Made by a program: the position numbers and the translations under genes
The notes under the pieces: generated by a model
What the model was told of the DNA's origin: nothing
The model's input: only the letters and a program-made list of their open reading frames with translations
Database searches by the model: none
Shown: positions 36,073-46,958 of the stretch, piece after piece
Numbering within the stretch: position 1 is the stretch's first letter
Layout of the letters: each line of letters starts with the position of its first letter
DNA from: Candidatus Binatia bacterium
Lineage (GTDB): Bacteria > Desulfobacterota > Binatia > HRBIN30
Assembly: GCA_038245295.1 (NCBI GenBank)
Contig: JBBRSP010000007.1
Span: forward strand, 155,185-219,184
Reading direction: 5' to 3'
Length of the DNA stretch: 64,000 bases

Positions 36073-37375
36073 CATACTTCACCTCGCCCGACGTGTTGCG
36101 TACCTCGATAAACGCATTGCCGACGGCGTCGATGCGCATCTCACCGAACGTGAACCACGTCTTGGCTTCTTCGAAATCGACGCCCGCCTTGAAGGCCGGA
36201 TACGTCAGCAAGCGCTGCGGCTTCAACGTATCGTCCCACTCGTGGCCAGGGTAGACACCAGCCTGCAGTGGCCCAACTTCCAACTCTAGAAAGTGAAACC
36301 ACGGCGCGTCGTCGAAGGGTTGATAACGCGTCACCGCCGTGTAGTGGACGTCGGTCGACAGCCACACGGTGTTGTTGATCTTGTGATCGCGCAGGAATCG
36401 GACGATGGCGAGCAACTCCTGCTCGAAGCCGGTCGTCGTATCGAAGTTGGCCCAGCCATCGCGGCCATGCAGGCGGCCGCCGGTCGGAATCGACAGCGGC
36501 ACACTCGTCACGATGACTTTCCAGGTCGCATCGGAGTTGGCCAGACCATCCAAGAGCCATTGCCGCTGTGCCGGGCCGAGCATGGTTTTCGGATGATCGG
36601 GGCTGTCGATCATGGCGTTCGGGTCGCGGAAGCTGCGCGTATCGAGGAAGAAGACCTCCAGATGCTTGCCCCAGCGCACGTTGCGGAAAAACGGCGCGCC
36701 GTCACGCAACGGATTGTAGTCGCCGAAGGCTTTGACACCCGGCGCAAACAAATGGCGCCCGGCCTCATCGGTATCCTCCGTCGGTCCCGCATCGTTGCGT
36801 ACTTCGTGGTCGTCGTAGACGGCATACATCGGCGTCGCCGCGAGAAGCTGCTGCTGGTGCGCATCCGCCCGATTGTACTTCCACTTCGCCCAGAAGCTTG
36901 GCCGATCGAAAGCACGCGGCGGACCCGGGATCTGTTCATTGCGGTAGCTGCTGGTCGCCGGGCAGTCGTCATCCGCATAGATCATGTCGCCAAGCGCGAT
37001 GAAGAAATCGGGCTGGCGCTGCCGAATCGTATCGAAAATCGGGTAACCTTCCTTCACGTCGCGGCAGGCCTTCTGGCCGCCGAGATCGCCGCTCCAGACG
37101 AAACGCACTGGCCCTGCAACATCTCCGGTTGCCGGCGTTTGGAAACTACCGCGCGCGGCGCCGGCGTTGGGCTTCGCTGCATTGCCACACCACAGCTCGT
37201 ATTGGTAGCGCGTCCCAGGATGCAGACCCGCCAATTCGATATGCACCGTCGAGTCGCGCGTGGCAACGGTCTTCGCCTCGGTCGCGACGCGCGAGCCGTC
37301 CACACCGGTCGTCAGCAGATGAACGACGTTGGCATCAGAGCAGCGTGCCCAAACCACGGCCCGGGTTTGGGTCAC
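36029..37375 (-). CDS. phoD: PhoD-like phosphatase (alkaline phosphatase D family). Coordinates run from the first canonical (GTG) start; the gene probably extends to about 37498.
   Basis: Metallophosphatase motifs (GDMIYADD; VYDDHEV; STDVHYTAV). An in-frame upstream sequence, not included in the ORF, encodes a Tat-like signal peptide. Confidence 0.75.
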   Translation of the reverse strand: MTQTRAVVWARCSDANVVHLLTTGVDGSRVATEAKTVATRDSTVHIELAGLHPGTRYQYELWCGNAAKPNAGAARGSFQTPATGDVAGPVRFVWSGDLGGQKACRDVKEGYPIFDTIRQRQPDFFIALGDMIYADDDCPATSSYRNEQIPGPPRAFDRPSFWAKWKYNRADAHQQQLLAATPMYAVYDDHEVRNDAGPTEDTDEAGRHLFAPGVKAFGDYNPLRDGAPFFRNVRWGKHLEVFFLDTRSFRDPNAMIDSPDHPKTMLGPAQRQWLLDGLANSDATWKVIVTSVPLSIPTGGRLHGRDGWANFDTTTGFEQELLAIVRFLRDHKINNTVWLSTDVHYTAVTRYQPFDDAPWFHFLELEVGPLQAGVYPGHEWDDTLKPQRLLTYPAFKAGVDFEEAKTWFTFGEMRIDAVGNAFIEVRNTSGEVKYVTELQPESAAVLPR

Positions 37376-37484
37376 TTCGCCGACGGCAACACCGTGCGTC
37401 GGCGGCGCTGCCAGGGCAGCCGGAGAGAATGCCAGCAGAGTTAGAACAACACAGATACCGCCGAACGCGACAAGCCGCAGTGTA

Positions 37485-38051
37485 CTACTCCTTCTCAGCC
37501 GTCTCCTCCGTCTGGTAGCGCTGGAACTCGCGCATGAACGTCAGCGATTCCATCGACGTCATACGGTCGACATACACCTTACCCCACAGATGGTCGCACT
37601 CGTGTTGCGCGACGCGCGCCTCGAAGCCTTTCGCGACGTAGTTGAGCTTGTTGCCGTCGCGATCAAAGGCCTCGACTCGCACCTTGGTGTGCCGCGGCAC
37701 GCGACCACGCAGATCCGGCAAACTCAAACAGCCTTCCCAGTCTTCTTCGATCTCGTCGGAGATCGGCGTGATCTGCGGGTTGATCAGTACCGTGAGTGCC
37801 ACCGATTCGGCATCGGGGTAGCGCGGGTTGTTCTCGACTTCAAAGACGACAAGCTGCGCCGAGACATGCACCTGTGGCGCCGCCAGACCGGCACCGTCGT
37901 ACTCGTCCATGGTCTCGATCATGTCGTCGATGAGCTGCTGCACCAGGGGCGAGGAGATGTCTTCGGGTGGAATCGGCTCGGCGACCAGGCGCAGCACCGG
38001 GTGACCAAGTCGGGCGACTTTCAGAATGGCCATGTCCCGTGTGTATCGGAG
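37485..38051 (-). CDS. def: Peptide deformylase
   Basis: 188 aa from MAILKVARLGHPVLR. Motifs GAGLAAPQV, EGCLS and HECDHL. The 230-aa N-terminal extension of the track ORF is rejected. Confidence 0.85.
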   Translation of the reverse strand, partial: LRYTRDMAILKVARLGHPVLRLVAEPIPPEDISSPLVQQLIDDMIETMDEYDGAGLAAPQVHVSAQLVVFEVENNPRYPDAESVALTVLINPQITPISDEIEEDWEGCLSLPDLRGRVPRHTKVRVEAFDRDGNKLNYVAKGFEARVAQHECDHLWGKVYVDRMTSMESLTFMREFQRYQTEETAEKE

Positions 38052-38098
38052 CGATTCGGTGCGCGCCAGCATGGCGCTTGAATTCGCATCGGCAGACG

Positions 38099-38116
38099 CC
38101 GCAGGCTGAAGCCTGC
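38099..38116. repeat. Hairpin CGCAGGC-TGAA-GCCTGCG in the divergent def/SDR promoter region. Same element as 19879..19898 in opposite orientation.
   Basis: Exact match of the 16-nt core. A partial third copy (GCAGGCTGAAG) lies at about 46690. Confidence 0.3.
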
Positions 38117-38210
38117 GCCTACCAGCCTGCGGACAGCTGAGCGCGACCTCATCGCTTGCGTTTCGCGTGAGGCATAGGCAGAGGCATGGGCGCAGGCTGA
38201 GGAGGAAACA

Positions 38211-39023
38211 ATGGCTGCCTTGAGCGGAAAAGTTGCCGTCGTCACCGGCGGTGGATCGGGAATCGGTCGCGCCATCGCGCTGCGCTTGGCGCGTGAGGGC
38301 GCCAAGGTGGCGATCGGCGAGATCAACGTTGACAACGGTGCCTTGGTTGTTGACGAGATTGCGGCGACAGGCGGGACGGCCTTTTCGTTGGCTACCGACG
38401 TGACGCAGTCGACGCAGGTCGACACGCTGTTCGCCGAAACCGTGAAGCGCTTCGGCACCGTCGACATTCTGGTCAACAACGCCGGCATCGGCGAGATGAG
38501 CCCGCAGGCGCAGGAGCGCGTGCGCGAGCGGATGATGAAAGCGATGGGTGGCCAGCGCGACTCCCTCGGCGTGACGCGCGACCTCTCCGACGCCGACTTC
38601 AAACGCATGCTCGAGGTTCATCTGTTCGGCAATTTCTACTGCATCCGCGCCGCCCTGCGGATCATGGAAGAGAAACGCAGCGGCTCGATCATCAACATGG
38701 CGTCGGTCGCCGGCATCAACGGAATTCCGTCGGCGCCCCACTACGGGGCTGCCAAAGCTGGGATCATCGGGCTCACCAAATCGGTGGCTGCCGAGGTCGG
38801 CGGCGCCGGGATTCGCGTCAACGCGATCGCCCCCGGCTTGATCGATACGCCGATGACCGCCGGCATCCCGGCGATGGGTAAGCAGATGCTGCTGATGCGT
38901 GTACCGCTAGGCCGCGAAGGGACACCCGACGATATCGCCGGGGCGGCGTTCTTCCTGGCCTCGGATGATTCGGCGTATGTGACCGGACAGGTGATCAGTC
39001 CGAACGGCGGCTTGTCGTTGTAG
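38211..39023 (+). CDS. SDR-family oxidoreductase (3-oxoacyl-ACP reductase-like)
   Basis: TGGGSGIGRAIA Rossmann motif, NNAG, and a catalytic S...YxxxK (YGAAKAG). Confidence 0.85.
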   Translation: MAALSGKVAVVTGGGSGIGRAIALRLAREGAKVAIGEINVDNGALVVDEIAATGGTAFSLATDVTQSTQVDTLFAETVKRFGTVDILVNNAGIGEMSPQAQERVRERMMKAMGGQRDSLGVTRDLSDADFKRMLEVHLFGNFYCIRAALRIMEEKRSGSIINMASVAGINGIPSAPHYGAAKAGIIGLTKSVAAEVGGAGIRVNAIAPGLIDTPMTAGIPAMGKQMLLMRVPLGREGTPDDIAGAAFFLASDDSAYVTGQVISPNGGLSL

Positions 39024-39044
39024 GGGCGTTTCGCGAACCGCCGC

Positions 39045-39659
39045 CTACGGGATGCGTTTATCGAGCTCGCCGAGCAGGCGCTCGACGCCGACGCCCGAGA
39101 GCTCCGCGGCGCTGAGCCACTTGGGCCCGGCGTTCCAGAAGATCCACCACTTGAAGAGGTTCTCGGTGAGCGGCTTCTGTGTCTCGTCGAATTCTCCCTT
39201 CCACAGGATCCGCCCGCCGCTGACGGAGACGAGCTCCAGCGTGAACGAAACCCCGGCCGGGTCGGTGGCGCCGTATTCGGTACCAACCCGCTCCATGAAT
39301 CGCGACACGGTGCCGATCAGAACCGCGTCGGCCGACGTTGCTTTGCCGAGCTGCACGGCGCGTTGGATCTGCGTTGCCTGCGCGTCCACCTTGCGCAACG
39401 CGTCGTTGATCTGCAAATCGGGAACGAAGCGCCAACGCGACGACTGCGAAAGCACTCCATACACCTGCGCCGTCACCACATTCGCCGCTTCGGCCTCGAG
39501 ATGAATGCGGCCGTCCTGATCTGTCCGCGCCGCTGTCTTGTCCAGCGGCAACACAGCGATGAGGTTGACCGACTCGTCGAGCGGTTCGGCCTTGAAGAAA
39601 TACGAGCAGCCGGGCAGCAACAAACCGGCCAGCGCGACGGCGAGGACGACCCGTTTCAT
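39045..39659 (-). CDS. Hypothetical lipoprotein (lipobox LLLPGC), translationally coupled to aspS
   Basis: Start [21 protein letters not shown] confirmed at 39657-39659. A 4-nt overlap with the aspS stop. Confidence 0.55.
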   Translation of the reverse strand: MKRVVLAVALAGLLLPGCSYFFKAEPLDESVNLIAVLPLDKTAARTDQDGRIHLEAEAANVVTAQVYGVLSQSSRWRFVPDLQINDALRKVDAQATQIQRAVQLGKATSADAVLIGTVSRFMERVGTEYGATDPAGVSFTLELVSVSGGRILWKGEFDETQKPLTENLFKWWIFWNAGPKWLSAAELSGVGVERLLGELDKRIP

Positions 39660-41458
39660 ACGTTCACCTTGATCCCAAGCTCCTTCAACTGCTTGGGATC
39701 GACCTCGGACGGCGCTTCGGTCATCAAGCAAGTCGCGCGCTGCGTCTTCGGGAAAGCGATGACGTCGCGGATCGACGTGCCACCGCTCAGGAGCATGGCA
39801 AGACGGTCCAGGCCGAAGGCAATGCCGCCGTGCGGCGGAGCGCCGAACGCCAGGGCGTCGAGCAGGAAGCCGAACTTATTGCGTGCTTCCGCTTCACCAA
39901 TGCCGAGCAGCTCGAAGACACGCGACTGCACATCGGGCCGATGGATACGCACGCTGCCGCCGCCGAGCTCAGTGCCGTTCAGCACGACGTCATAGGCCTT
40001 GGCGCGCACGGAGATCGGGTCGGACTCGAGACGATCCATGTCTTCGTCCAGCGGCGCCGTGAACGGGTGGTGCACCGCGACGTGGCGCTTGTCTTCAGGC
40101 GAGTACTCGACGAGCGGGAAATCGGTTACCCAAACGAAAGCAAACTTGTCGGTTCCCATCATCCCGAGTTGCTCGGCCAGCTTGAGCCGCAGGTGGGCCA
40201 GGGAGTCGTTGACGATCTTCGCCGTGTCGGCGGAGAACATCAGCAGGTCGCCAACCTGTGCCCCACAGGCCGCCTCGATGCCCTTCTTTTCGTCGTCAGT
40301 GAGGAACTTGGCGATCGGCGACTGCCAGCCGTCGCTGTTGACGCGCACCCAGGCCACACCCTTGGCGCCATACGGCGCGACGATCTCCGGTAAGCCGTCG
40401 AGATCCTTACGCGACAAGCGGTCGCCGTCCGGCAGCCGCAACACTTTACAAATGCCGCCTTTGGCAAGCGCCTCGCGGAAGACCTTGAACTGCGAGTTGC
40501 GCAGCACGTCGGAAATCTCGTTCAGCTCGAGCTCGAAGCGCATGTCGGGCCGATCGATGCCGAACCGGCGAATCGCCTCGTCGTAGGTGAGGCGTGGAAT
40601 TGGCCGCGGCACCTCGATGCCGCGCAGGGCGCAGGCAACCGACAGTAGGCCTTCGGTGATTGCCATGACATCGTCCGGCTGCACGAACGACATCTCCATG
40701 TCGATCTGTGTGAACTCCGGTTGGCGATCGGCGCGTAGGTCTTCGTCGCGGAAGCAACGGACGATCTGGAAATAACGATCGAAGCCGGCGACCATGAGGA
40801 TCTGCTTGAAGAGCTGCGGCGACTGCGGCAAGGCGAAAAAGTTGCCCGGGCTGACGCGGCTCGGCACCAGATAGTCGCGCGCCCCCTCCGGTGTGCTGCG
40901 CGTCAGCACCGGCGTTTCGATCTCAATGAAGCCGTTCGTATCCAGATAGTCGCGCACCGCCTTCACCAGGCGATGGCGGAACATCATACGCTCCTGCATC
41001 TCGGGGCGGCGCAAGTCGAGGTAGCGATACTTGAGACGCGTGCTCTCGGCGACATTGCCGCCATCGTCGAGTGAGAACGGCAGCGGGCGTGACTGGCTCA
41101 GCAGCTTGGCCTCTTCGGCAATCACCTCGATCTCGCCCGTCGGCAGGTTCGGGTTCACGGTCTCGGCAGTACGCGGCGCCACCTTGCCACGCACGGCCAG
41201 CACGTACTCGCCGCGCACATCTTCGGCGGCCTTGAATGCCTTGGCGCTGCGCTCTGGATCGAACACCACTTGAGCGATGCCGGTACGATCGCGCAGATCG
41301 ACGAAAACCACGCCGCCGTGATCGCGGCGCGTATTGACCCAGCCCATGATCGTGACTTCTTGCCCGGCCTGTGCCGCACGCAAGTCGCCGCAATAACTCG
41401 AGCGCTTCCAATCGCCGAGGGACTCGGCCGTAACGATTCGTGGTTGTTCTTCACTCAT
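39656..41458 (-). CDS. aspS: Aspartate--tRNA ligase
   Basis: 600 aa with an N-terminal OB anticodon-binding domain ([26 protein letters not shown]) and class II motifs ([21 protein letters not shown]). Confidence 0.9.
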   Translation of the reverse strand: MSEEQPRIVTAESLGDWKRSSYCGDLRAAQAGQEVTIMGWVNTRRDHGGVVFVDLRDRTGIAQVVFDPERSAKAFKAAEDVRGEYVLAVRGKVAPRTAETVNPNLPTGEIEVIAEEAKLLSQSRPLPFSLDDGGNVAESTRLKYRYLDLRRPEMQERMMFRHRLVKAVRDYLDTNGFIEIETPVLTRSTPEGARDYLVPSRVSPGNFFALPQSPQLFKQILMVAGFDRYFQIVRCFRDEDLRADRQPEFTQIDMEMSFVQPDDVMAITEGLLSVACALRGIEVPRPIPRLTYDEAIRRFGIDRPDMRFELELNEISDVLRNSQFKVFREALAKGGICKVLRLPDGDRLSRKDLDGLPEIVAPYGAKGVAWVRVNSDGWQSPIAKFLTDDEKKGIEAACGAQVGDLLMFSADTAKIVNDSLAHLRLKLAEQLGMMGTDKFAFVWVTDFPLVEYSPEDKRHVAVHHPFTAPLDEDMDRLESDPISVRAKAYDVVLNGTELGGGSVRIHRPDVQSRVFELLGIGEAEARNKFGFLLDALAFGAPPHGGIAFGLDRLAMLLSGGTSIRDVIAFPKTQRATCLMTEAPSEVDPKQLKELGIKVNV

Positions 41459-41492
41459 AGGGACACTTCACCGCTTTCTCGAGAACCAGCCC

Positions 41493-42779
41493 TTACTCCA
41501 TGCCGGCGGGAACAGAAACCTTCAGGGCCGCGCGTAGTTCAGCCGCCGACGATTTCAGAGGCACGCCGCGGGGGTAATCTTGCTTGGCAACCATATCGCG
41601 GACAGTTGCGGCGCCGGCCGCCAACTCATCCTCGCCAAGGATCAATACGAAGGGGGCTTGGCTTTTGTCTGCGGCGCGCATCTGGCTCTTCAGGCTACGC
41701 GCACCGTTACTCATCTCGACCCGCACACCTTCGCCGCGCCAGCGATGCGCCAGGTGCAGGGCTTCGGCTTCGGCAGGGGCTCCCAGCGGGGCGATGAACA
41801 CCTCCGGACGGGTGATCGCCGTATGGGCATCATCGGGCATCGACAGGAGCAGGCGTTCGACACCGAGGGCGAAACCGACACCCGGAACATCCGGACCGCC
41901 CAGGCTTTTGACCAGGCCGTCGTAACGACCGCCGCCGCCGACGGCGCTCTGCGAGCCGAGACCTTCGGCCGATACTTCAAAGGCCGTGCGGCAATAGTAG
42001 TCGAGCCCGCGCACCATGCGGGCGTTCATGACGTAGGGCACCGACTCGCGATCGAGCACGGCGCGGACGATGGCGATATGCGCGGCGCAATCACCGCAGA
42101 GGTGGTCGATCATCACCGGCGCGTCCTGCGTCACGGCGCGACACTCGGGAACTTTGCAATCGAGGAGCCGCAGCGGGTTGCGCTCCAGACGACGGCGGCA
42201 GTTCTCGCACAGCTTGTCGTGACGGGCGCGGCCGTACTCTTGCAGCAACTCGCGATACTTCGGGCGGCAAACTGTGTCGCCGAGTGAGTTGAGCTCGATC
42301 TTGGCGCCGCGCACCTGCAAAGCCGCCAGCAGGTCATGCAGCAGAAGCAGCACTTCGGCATCGATGGCGGCGTCGTCGCGCCCGAGAACCTCGGCACCAA
42401 TCTGATGGAACTGCCGCAATCGACCCTTCTGAGGACGTTCACGGCGAAACATCGGCCCCATGTAGGAAAGCTTCGAGACGGGTTCGGCCTGTTGCATCGC
42501 ATGCTCGACATAGGCGCGCACGACCGACGCGGTACCTTCCGGGCGCAACGTCAGCGCCGTACCGTCGCGATCTTCGAAGGCGTACATCTCCTTCTCGACG
42601 ATATCGGTGGTGTCACCAATCGAGCGTTTAAAGAGATCGGCGCGCTCGACAATCGGAATCCGCAGCTCGGCGAAGCCATAACGACCGAACAAATCGCGGG
42701 CCTGTTGCTCGATTAAGATCCAACGCGCGCTTTCACTCGGGAGGACATCGTGAAATCCTTTGACCGACGTGATTTTCAT
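41493..42779 (-). CDS. hisS: Histidine--tRNA ligase
   Basis: 428 aa from MKITSVKGFHDVLP, with class II motifs and a C-terminal anticodon-binding domain. Start confirmed. Confidence 0.9.
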   Translation of the reverse strand: MKITSVKGFHDVLPSESARWILIEQQARDLFGRYGFAELRIPIVERADLFKRSIGDTTDIVEKEMYAFEDRDGTALTLRPEGTASVVRAYVEHAMQQAEPVSKLSYMGPMFRRERPQKGRLRQFHQIGAEVLGRDDAAIDAEVLLLLHDLLAALQVRGAKIELNSLGDTVCRPKYRELLQEYGRARHDKLCENCRRRLERNPLRLLDCKVPECRAVTQDAPVMIDHLCGDCAAHIAIVRAVLDRESVPYVMNARMVRGLDYYCRTAFEVSAEGLGSQSAVGGGGRYDGLVKSLGGPDVPGVGFALGVERLLLSMPDDAHTAITRPEVFIAPLGAPAEAEALHLAHRWRGEGVRVEMSNGARSLKSQMRAADKSQAPFVLILGEDELAAGAATVRDMVAKQDYPRGVPLKSSAAELRAALKVSVPAGME

Positions 42780-42854
42780 GGGAAGGAACCTTGCGCCATT
42801 GGGCCGGACTAGGTAACGAGGCCCCTGCTGCAAGTCAACGAACGGTCCACACAC

Positions 42855-45800
42855 GTGGGGCAAATGCAACAACCTCCAAGGCAGCCCACTCAGCTAGCGA
42901 CGCCGACGCCGTTTACGCGCACCAGACCGCGCCGCCTGAGCCTCGCGCCGCCTCGGAACCAGGCTGCGGCGGTCTTCGCATGTGCCCTAGTCCTGCTCGT
43001 CTCCTTGCTCGCTCCATCCGGGGCTCGCGCCGCGGATTGCTGCCAATGCTTCTTCGACATCCCCGTGTGCAGCGTGGCCACGGCGGACTGCGATTCCTCG
43101 ACGGTCGGCTGTTTCCGCGTCGCGAATGCACAGTGCCAGGGTGGCGCCTGCGTGCCGATCCCGTCGGCAACGCCTACCTCGACACAAACGTCCACACCAA
43201 CCCAGACGAACACCGCCACTCCATCCTGTACGCCGAGCGGCACCGCCACGCGCACTCCCACCAACACGCAGACGGCGAGCCCCACGCGCACCTCGACGAG
43301 CACGCCGAGTGCCTCGCCAACATCGAGCCCGACACCGACGACAACCGCGACACGCACGGCAACGTCGACTCCCAGCAGCACTCCCACATCGACGCCAAGC
43401 CCGACGCCGACGGTCACTTCGACCGGCACGCAGACGAACACACCGACCATCACGCGGACGCCGACCATTACGCGCACACCAAGCATCACGCGCACACCGA
43501 CGACAACGCCGGGGCCGATGGACTGTTGTCAATTCAGCCTCATCGGCTCGCTCTTCTGCGGTGCGCCGAATGACGGCTCCTGTCAGGGCGGCCTGCCTGT
43601 TTACGGGACGGGGTGTGTCGACGGCCTATGCACACCATTTACGCCAACGCCGACCCAGACTTCGACGCCGACGGTCACCGCCACGCCGACCGCCACCTCA
43701 ACGCCTACACAAACGGCGACGCAGACGGCCCTTCCGACGTTCACGCCGACCTCCACATCAACCAGCACCGTAACCTTCACGCCGACGAGCACCCCGACGA
43801 TCACCTCGACGGCGACGCCTGGCCCCCAGGATTGCTGCCAGTTTGGATCGCCCGACGCAGCTGCTTGCACGGCGCCGATCGCCGGACTGGGCTGCGGCGC
43901 GGTCGGCGCGGCGGTTTACGGCGCAACTTGCAATGGCGCCTCGGGAGCGTGCATCACGTATACACCGACCCCAACCCCAACGACCTTCCCCACATCGGGT
44001 GCGAACTGCATGGCGCTTGGACCGGTCGCGAACTACTCGCAGCCGCAAAACAAGCGACGCGGTTGCGCCAGCAACTACATGTGTGTCGCCGGCAACGACG
44101 GCGACAGTTCGTACATCTTCTGGTCGGATCCGACGTCGCTGTCAGGACCTATAGAGGACCAATATGTCGTGGACGACCCGCCGCCGCGCACGGAGAAGAT
44201 CACCTCGGTGGCGATCCACGCCGTGTCGCGTGCCGAACAAGGCTTCGGTTCGACGCGGCTCCGGACGTACATCCTGTCGGGAAACGACCTGAAATTTAAC
44301 AGCGCCGTCGAACAGGTCGTCACCAACCAATACGTCGACTATCTCTCCGTGTTCTGCGGCTTCGTGTCGGGCACGTGCAGCCACCCGATCTTCGGGCGAC
44401 CTTGGACATGGGCGGACATCGCCGACCTGCGGATCGGCATCGGGCATCAGGTGACGTTCGGTGATCCCATTCGTACCACCAGCCTCTATGTCGAGGTTTG
44501 TTGGGAAGCGCCAACACCGACACCTACGTTCACGGCGACCCAAACGTCGACTCGGACCTCGACGCCGACTTTCACGGCGACGCCAAGTCCATCATCAACC
44601 TCGACGCCCTCTTCAACGCCGACATCCACGTCGACGTCGACGAGCACACCGACATCAACCCCGACGCCAACCCCAACGGAAACCGACATCCCAACCGTAA
44701 CGCCGACTCTTACTTCAACCCGGACTTCCACGGCGACACTGACAGCGACCATCACTCAGACGCCGACGCCGACGCGCACCGCGACACCAACCTCGTCACC
44801 GTCGCGGACGCCAACCGTGACGGCAACAAGTACACCGAGCGAGACTCCGGTACCGACGCCGACGCCGACGGCCACCGGCCAGCCAAGCTCGACACCGACA
44901 CTGTCTCCCGTGCCGACCCTGTCGCCGACGCCGACACGCTCCGGCACATCGACGCGCTCGGCAACGTCAACGCGCACCTATTCCCCGTCGGCGACGGCTA
45001 CGACAACGCAGACAGCGACGCGCAGCAGCACATCGACGCGCACCGCAACACCGACCGTCACGCTGCCATTGCCATCGGCGACGCTGACACCGGTGCGGCC
45101 AACGAACACGCCGACACGCACCTACAGCTCGACACCGACCATCACCGGCACACGTCCGACGATGACCGCCACACCGATGAGCAAGGTCGACTTCCTCTTC
45201 GGCTCAGGGAGCAACTCGAACGCCGAGTTCTGCCTCGACACCGCCACACCTCTGAACTTCATGAGTGCATCGCGTTCGCTCTTCAGCCTGCGCAGCGAGC
45301 CGGTCGCCGCCGCACGCGATCGTTATCAGGTGATCTACATCCCGCCGGGCCTCAGCACCGACGACTACTTCCAGGTCCAGAAGTTGGTGACCGATGGCGG
45401 CTTCATCGACCAGTTCGTTCGCCTCGGTGGCGTCGCCGTCATCAACGTCGGTGGTGTGATCGGCGACCAGATGATGATCGCCCCGGGTGGCGTCGGCTTC
45501 CTGCGCCAACCGCACCAGTCCGAGATCATCGATCTCCCCGACAGCCCCTATGTCACAGGCCAGGGTATCGGCGGCGAACAACTCGGCATGAGCGACTTTG
45601 ACTCGTGGAACCAGACCGACGAGGGTGTGCTCGATATGCTGCCCCCCGATGCAACGGTTCTGACTCACAACTCCGACGGTCCTTCGCTGGCGCAATACAA
45701 CTGGGGCGACGGGCGCGTCATCGTCAGCACGCTGAGCGTCTGCTGGGCCGGCCGCAACAACACCGATGGCCCGGCGACCCGCAACCTGTTCCGCTACAGC

Positions 45801-46127
45801 AGCTTCTACCAGGGCTCGGCGGCGACGCCGGCGCCGACCGTGACGCCGACCGGCACACCGACGATTACGCCGACTCGCACCATCACAGCGACACGCACGG
45901 CGACGCGCACCCGCACGACAACCCGAACGCCGACAGTGACACCGACGGTCAACTACGTGGTCGGCGATGCCAACATCGATGGCGTGCTCGATTACCTCGA
46001 CCTCGACGCCCTCATCCTGACGATCTACGGCGACGTAGATCCGCCACCGGCGCAGGCGGACGTAAACCTCGACGGCCGTGTCGACTCAGGGGACATCATC
46101 GCGCTGCTCATCTTGCTCGGCGGATGA
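42855..46127 (+). CDS. Secreted modular protein: signal peptide, three Cys-rich DCCQ[CF] modules separated by Pro/Thr-rich linkers, an unassigned central domain, a long PT linker, a possible class-I glutamine-amidotransferase-like (ThuA-like) domain, a further PT linker, and a C-terminal type-I dockerin
   Basis: 1090 aa. Signal RRLSLAPP...[21 protein letters not shown]. Cys-rich modules at about aa 60-105, 235-275 and 330-375. Dockerin [12 protein letters not shown]...[12 protein letters not shown] shows the canonical D-x-N-x-D-G-x-x-D-x-x-D loops. Confidence 0.7.
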   Translation: MGQMQQPPRQPTQLATPTPFTRTRPRRLSLAPPRNQAAAVFACALVLLVSLLAPSGARAADCCQCFFDIPVCSVATADCDSSTVGCFRVANAQCQGGACVPIPSATPTSTQTSTPTQTNTATPSCTPSGTATRTPTNTQTASPTRTSTSTPSASPTSSPTPTTTATRTATSTPSSTPTSTPSPTPTVTSTGTQTNTPTITRTPTITRTPSITRTPTTTPGPMDCCQFSLIGSLFCGAPNDGSCQGGLPVYGTGCVDGLCTPFTPTPTQTSTPTVTATPTATSTPTQTATQTALPTFTPTSTSTSTVTFTPTSTPTITSTATPGPQDCCQFGSPDAAACTAPIAGLGCGAVGAAVYGATCNGASGACITYTPTPTPTTFPTSGANCMALGPVANYSQPQNKRRGCASNYMCVAGNDGDSSYIFWSDPTSLSGPIEDQYVVDDPPPRTEKITSVAIHAVSRAEQGFGSTRLRTYILSGNDLKFNSAVEQVVTNQYVDYLSVFCGFVSGTCSHPIFGRPWTWADIADLRIGIGHQVTFGDPIRTTSLYVEVCWEAPTPTPTFTATQTSTRTSTPTFTATPSPSSTSTPSSTPTSTSTSTSTPTSTPTPTPTETDIPTVTPTLTSTRTSTATLTATITQTPTPTRTATPTSSPSRTPTVTATSTPSETPVPTPTPTATGQPSSTPTLSPVPTLSPTPTRSGTSTRSATSTRTYSPSATATTTQTATRSSTSTRTATPTVTLPLPSATLTPVRPTNTPTRTYSSTPTITGTRPTMTATPMSKVDFLFGSGSNSNAEFCLDTATPLNFMSASRSLFSLRSEPVAAARDRYQVIYIPPGLSTDDYFQVQKLVTDGGFIDQFVRLGGVAVINVGGVIGDQMMIAPGGVGFLRQPHQSEIIDLPDSPYVTGQGIGGEQLGMSDFDSWNQTDEGVLDMLPPDATVLTHNSDGPSLAQYNWGDGRVIVSTLSVCWAGRNNTDGPATRNLFRYSSFYQGSAATPAPTVTPTGTPTITPTRTITATRTATRTRTTTRTPTVTPTVNYVVGDANIDGVLDYLDLDALILTIYGDVDPPPAQADVNLDGRVDSGDIIALLILLGG
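43141..43525 (+). repeat. Low-complexity ACN-CCN (Thr-Pro-Ser) coding repeats of PT linker 1. Similar tracts occur at about 43630-43830, 44506-45175 and 45820-45950.
   Basis: Tandem acgccgacg/accccgacg-type units. They generate many spurious overlapping ORFs in all frames. Confidence 0.7.
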
Positions 46128-46135
46128 CAGGGATA

Positions 46136-46190
46136 TCTGGCCATTTGAAGGCGCCCAACTAGCAAGATGGCCAATGGCCAAATGAAATGG
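46136..46190. repeat. Octamer repeat array (ATGGCCAATGGCCAAATGAAATGGCGG) between the dockerin-protein stop and the start codon of the SRPBCC gene
   Basis: Same CAAATGGC family. The array runs into the annotated ATG at 46187. Confidence 0.5.
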
Positions 46191-46618
46191 CGGAAGGACA
46201 CCCCATGGCCCACGTGACGGTAAAAGGTGAGATCAACGTTCCAGTCGAACGCCTATGGGCGGTGGTTGCCGACTTCGGCAGTGTTGGCTGGATCCCCGGT
46301 GGCGAGACGGCCCGCGTCGAAGGCAACGGCCCTGGGATGGTGCGGATGTTCGGTGGTGGCAGCACCGAGATTCGCGAACGTCTGGAGAGTCGTGACGACG
46401 CGATGCGCACCATCGTCTACACCATCCCGCAGGGCCTCCCGATGCCCATCACCGGCTACCGCGCCACGATGGTCGTGCGCCCCGCCGGCGCCGGCAGCGA
46501 GTTGGAATGGTCATGCACCTTCGAACCGGATGGCGTAACCGAGGCCGAAGCCAAGGCTCAAGTCGAGGGGCTCTACGGCATGATGATCGGTTGGATCCGC
46601 GATTTCGTAACTCGCTGA
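46187..46618 (+). CDS. SRPBCC-family protein (polyketide cyclase/dehydrase, Bet v1-like)
   Basis: 143 aa. The motif VERLWAVVADFGSVGWIPG is typical of SRPBCC. The alternative start at 46205 (MAHVTV) is possible. Confidence 0.7.
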   Translation: MAEGHPMAHVTVKGEINVPVERLWAVVADFGSVGWIPGGETARVEGNGPGMVRMFGGGSTEIRERLESRDDAMRTIVYTIPQGLPMPITGYRATMVVRPAGAGSELEWSCTFEPDGVTEAEAKAQVEGLYGMMIGWIRDFVTR

Positions 46619-46646
46619 GCGCCCGCGAACCCGGCACGCCGGCAGG

Positions 46647-46664
46647 CGCAAGCTTCCGCTTGCG
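46647..46664 (+). terminator. Hairpin CGCAAGC-TTCC-GCTTGCG, 29 nt after the SRPBCC stop
   Basis: Exact 7-bp stem. No T-tract follows, which is common in high-GC genomes. Confidence 0.35.
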
Positions 46665-46958
46665 GCGGAAAATCCAAGACGAACCGGGCATCCGGCGCAG
46701 GCTGAAGGAGGCTGCCTCAAAACATAGGCTCACCCTTCGTCCTTCGACAAGCTCAGGATGAGCGGGGCTCAGGGCGAGCGGACAAAATGTCTTTGAAAAT
46801 CAACCAAGCACCCGCTCAGGCTGAGCCTGTCGAAGCCGGCTCCGCAAGGTTTTGAGACAGCCTCTGAAGACCTGCGCCCACCTCTCCCACCGGTGCCAAG
46901 TTTCCGGTTGCATTTAGTTTAATATTTTGACAACTATTTGCACATTCAAGAAAGGAGT

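Noticed and set aside
42890-45695. Numerous long ORFs in alternate and antisense frames across the dockerin-protein gene (for example 42890..43495 -, 43126..43773 +, 44498..45601 +, 43613..44299 +)
   Set aside because: They are artefacts of the ACN-CCN low-complexity repeats. They translate to poly-Arg, poly-Val or poly-His nonsense and have no independent start or Shine-Dalgarno context. The sense-frame product has coherent domain architecture.
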